NCBI RefSeq assembly: GCF_000143415.4
Contig: NW_003314273.1
Location: 186,001-250,000 of the forward strand
Length of the DNA stretch: 64,000 nt
Direction of reading: 5' to 3'
Source of the DNA: Selaginella moellendorffii
Taxonomy: Eukaryota > Plantae > Lycopodiophyta
The notes beneath the pieces are model-generated. The model did not search any database. It had not been told where the DNA came from and worked only from the letters and a program-made list of their open reading frames with translations. Of this stretch, positions 60,671 through 64,000 are shown piece by piece. Within the stretch, counting starts at the first letter, position 1. Each line of letters starts with the position of its first letter. The position numbers were made by a program, and so were the translations under genes.

Positions 60671-61508
60671 TTACACCTGAAACTGCTTAAGATAATCTGG
60701 ATCCTTGCTAGCCTTGTCCTTGAATCTAACAAACCACTGATCGAGCAAGTTAAGTGGCACGATAATCCTCCCGTCCTGGGCAGCCTTAGAACACGATTGC
60801 ATGAAATGGAAAAAGTTCTCACCGATCTTGAGAGCAACCTTCTCGACGTGGTAGTACTGCCGAATGTTGAGAGCTGGAAGCGTCGACAAATCCTCGAGCG
60901 AAACACCAATGGAGGCATTGAGCGGCGGAGCGTCCAGGGCCGTCAATTGCTTCTTCCCGCCGTGCTTGGGCCAGAGGAGAGTGATCATCGCCGAGGGGCA
61001 AACGTTGCTTATTCCACCGCAGTACTGGAATGCCGAGCCTGGGGATTGCACGTACACGGCCAGTGCTTTCTCCGGTGGAAGAACGAACTGGTTGAAGAGA
61101 AAGATGCACATCTCCGTGACTTGTTCGTACGATGTTCCTGTTGGAAAGCCGTTAGAACAAGCACAAAAGGAAATTTTGCTAATCAAGAGAAGTCACGAAA
61201 AATCTAGAGCAGGGACCTGATAGAAATCCAAAGAACTACGCATTGATCGGGAACTCACCGACGAAGATTGCCATGTCCAGGCACCAGCGGCAAGAATCGA
61301 GCTGCTTAAAGCTGAAGGCGTCGATCGGGTAGCTGTGCCTGGGGAAGACGACGCCAAAGATTCTCACGCAGCTCTCCCGGCCGCAGTAGCGCACAATCTC
61401 GCTGCCTGAATCGCAGTGCCGTTTCTTGCGCCTGTCGTAAGAATCATCCACCAGCGCATCAATCTCATACTCTTCCAGCGCTCTCCTGGCCTTCCTCCCA
61501 GAATCCAT
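60671..61508 (-). CDS. Hikeshi/OPI10-like (DUF775) protein; exons 61508-61259, 61137-60671
   Basis: FGVVFPRHSYPID...W.LDM..FVG|..YEQV.EMCIFL...LPPEKALAVYVQSPGS.FQYCG...PSA...KIGENFFHFMQS...LLDQWF..FK.KA.KDPDYLK. Confidence 0.85.
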
Positions 61509-62021
61509 CCGAGAAGACCAAAAACCCTAGGCAATGTTCTTGAAGCTTCTGGAACCAAGATTTTATTCCAAGGATTAAATCAATGAATCGCCAAATTCAC
61601 CTAGTGAGCTAGTGATCTGGAAGCGCAGCATTGACGGCTTCCACGCCATCGATCGACTACCGGACCCTATCCCGCTCCATTTGAAGCTGCCGTGCGGCGT
61701 ATCTCTCCTGATCCTTGATAGCGCCAGCGCGCAAATCTTCGCGCTCCTGCTGCTGCATCTTGTGGACGCCGGCGATCGCGATTACTGTGAATGCCGAGAC
61801 GAGGAGCAGAACGCTCAATCCTCGATCCATAATCCAAGAGCCCTACATTTTCCCCCCGCAAGAACCCTAACAAACCCTGACCGTCCGATGAGGCTGAACG
61901 GCCCAGATGGGTTTGGGACTCACTATAAAACCCTGCTCTGTTGCCAAATTTTCCAGTGCGTTTGCTTGCATTGTCTAGAGATTTTGTTTAAAGTTTTGCT
62001 CCAGCTCTCTCTCGATCGATC

Positions 62022-62655
62022 ATGTCGTACCAGCAGGGATATGGATCCTATGAGCAGCACGCTCACGGGCATCCGCCAGTCCAGGGCCAGGTTGTTCGCG
62101 TCTTTTGCAAGGCTCGCCCCGATTTCTATCTGACCGCCACCGACGATGGCGTTGTCCTCTCCCAGGGCAATGTCCAGGACCCGCGCCAGGTCTGTTCTCG
62201 AAATCCCGAGATGTTCTCACTAGATTTTGGGGCTTTGTGCAGCAATGGATCAAGGACGATTCCTGGGGCGAGCGCCTGACCGATTCGTCGGGATCCAAGG
62301 CCTTCGCACTCATCAACAAGGCCACTGGTCAAGCGCTTCGTCATGGCAATTCCGAGAACGAGCAGGCAAGTTTCTGATTCGATCGATCGATGTGGGGTCT
62401 CTAAATCTTTGTTCCACTCAGGTGGTTCTATCCGCTTACTCCAAGAACGAGATGGACGATGATCTCCTGTGGAGCGCCAGCGATGATCTCGGCCACGGCT
62501 TCCACACCGTGAGGACTTACAACAACATCGACCTCAACCTCGATGCCGATCACGGTGATAAAAAGCACGGCGGGATCAAGGAAGGGAACAAGCTCATCCT
62601 CTTCAAGTGGCAGAAGACTCACGACAACCAGTTTTGGAAGATTGTCCCAGTTTGA
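62022..62655 (+). CDS. EUL lectin (cytosolic type); exons 62022-62189, 62243-62365, 62422-62655
   Basis: VRVFCKARPDFYLT...DPRQ|QWIKD...AFALINKATGQALRH...LNLDADHGDKKHGGIKEG...DNQFWKIVPV. Second intron has a GC donor. Confidence 0.92.
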
Positions 62656-63246
62656 GGGATTGGATGGGCCTCTATCTTGTGTTAGTCTGTGTGTTCATGT
62701 TCTTCCAAGAACTTACATTGTAACTACGTAAAAAGTTAAAAAAAAAAAGATGCTTCTGTTGTGTTTGTAAACCTTGGTGCCATTAAAATTCACATAGGCG
62801 AGCCTTGTGTTCGCAAACCATGGTGCGATTAAAATGCGAATATGTGAACGCTCGGATAGAGATAACGGGTCTCGGTGGAAATGTAACACGTGGCATGGAC
62901 ACGCCCCTACCTAGATAGATTCGCCAATTTTCAAAATGGTACACCTGTTACTCCTGGAAGGGACAGCTTACTCGCTGTCCGCATGACACGTGTTAAGTCT
63001 CATCTACGTGTCGATTTCAAACGCGCCGTGACCGAGGTCCCCGGCTCGATTCCCTCGTTTGAATAATTTCTAGGCGTTGGTGGCGGACCAAGGAGCGAGG
63101 TAACTTTCCGTCCTCCCCAGTAAAAATTCTCCATAAATCTGCGATTATTAGTCAATCCGTGAGGAACAGGAGCAGCGTTTCTTTTTTCGTGCCTAGTTTC
63201 TCTTCGAGTTCTCTGATCGATCGATCGATCGAGGTAGCGAGTGACG

Positions 63247-63912
63247 ATGCCGCAGGGTCAGTTTGTGAAGATCCAGTGCAAGGCCGATAGCGCCTACAAT
63301 CTTGCCGCCCGGACCGATGGCGTGGTGATGGCCCCGGCCGATGAATCCGATCCTCGCCAGGTATGCTCTGCCTTGATATTTCCTTTCGACCGCCCGCGAT
63401 GTTGATCGATGCTTACTTTTTTCCCCATCTCGATCAATCCATCGCTCCAGCAATGGTACAAGGACGAATCGTGGGAGCACGTCAAGGATGCCAAGGGCTC
63501 CGCGAGCTTTGCATTGATCAATCGGGCTACTGGCCAAGCCCTCACGCATCCGGGCGGCCTAGATACCCAGGTACTTTGGATCTATCCTTTGGGAAAAACT
63601 AATTTCTAAGTTCTTTGTCTGTTTGATCGATCGATCGATGCATAGGTGACCATGTCCGACTACTTTGGGGATTCCGAGGATAAGTCTACTCTGTGGACAC
63701 TTAGCCAAGATGTGTGTGGGGGCTGGAACGCTTTGCGACCATACTATGATACTTCTCTCAACTTATCCACGAATCACTGGGATAAGAAGCACGGTGGTCT
63801 TACCGATGGGACTGACGTCTTGATCACTAAGTGGAAGGAGTACGATAACCAATGCTGGAAGCTAGTTCCTACGCGTAAGTTTTTCGATGGTTTTCTTTTG
63901 GATCTTCGCTGA
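63247..63912 (+). CDS. EUL lectin; exons 63247-63360, 63451-63570, 63646-about 63874/63912 (may splice onward past the window end)
   Basis: MPQGQFVKIQCKADSAYNL...DPRQ|QWYKDE...FALINRATGQAL...|...WDKKHGGLTDGT...WKEYDNQCWKLVP. Confidence 0.88.
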
Positions 63913-64000
63913 AGGAAGAATGAACAGGTGATAGCACGGGCGGAGCCGATCATTTCCACCGTGTTTTGAGGACCGAGAGCCGTGTGGTTGATCGCTCCTT

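Overview
Plant nuclear DNA, most likely the lycophyte Selaginella (inferred from very short introns, a PLS-PPR gene and an EUL lectin cluster). The left arm holds an SPL8/LG1-clade SBP-box gene with a partial 3' duplicate and a CASP-like 5A gene. The right arm holds a PPR gene, a class III HD-Zip gene, a Hikeshi/OPI10-like gene and three EUL lectins. Between them is a four-layer nested TE island. (1) An old AT-eroded chromovirus relic. (2) A Tcn1/Tf1-like chromovirus at 17023-42788 (TSD ATCAC), apparently self-priming and lacking RT/RNaseH. (3) A younger tRNA-Met-primed chromovirus at 19344-40590 (TSD GCCTC). (4) A 13.7-kb TIR DNA transposon at 21858-35543 (TSD TTCTA). The DNA transposon is the best candidate for an undescribed system. 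It has a Sola-like DDD transposase and a divergent multi-exon cargo gene with a ParB-like domain, a degenerate beta-class DNA-methyltransferase-like region and an FCP1/NIF phosphatase domain. It also carries about 30 copies of a 22-bp palindrome (ATGGCRTG-N-GGCC-N-CAYGCCAT) that I saw only inside the element. Next to it, the host retrotransposon integrase contains two clean GT-AG introns flanked by short direct repeats. Protein family calls come from motif recognition by eye, not database searches.
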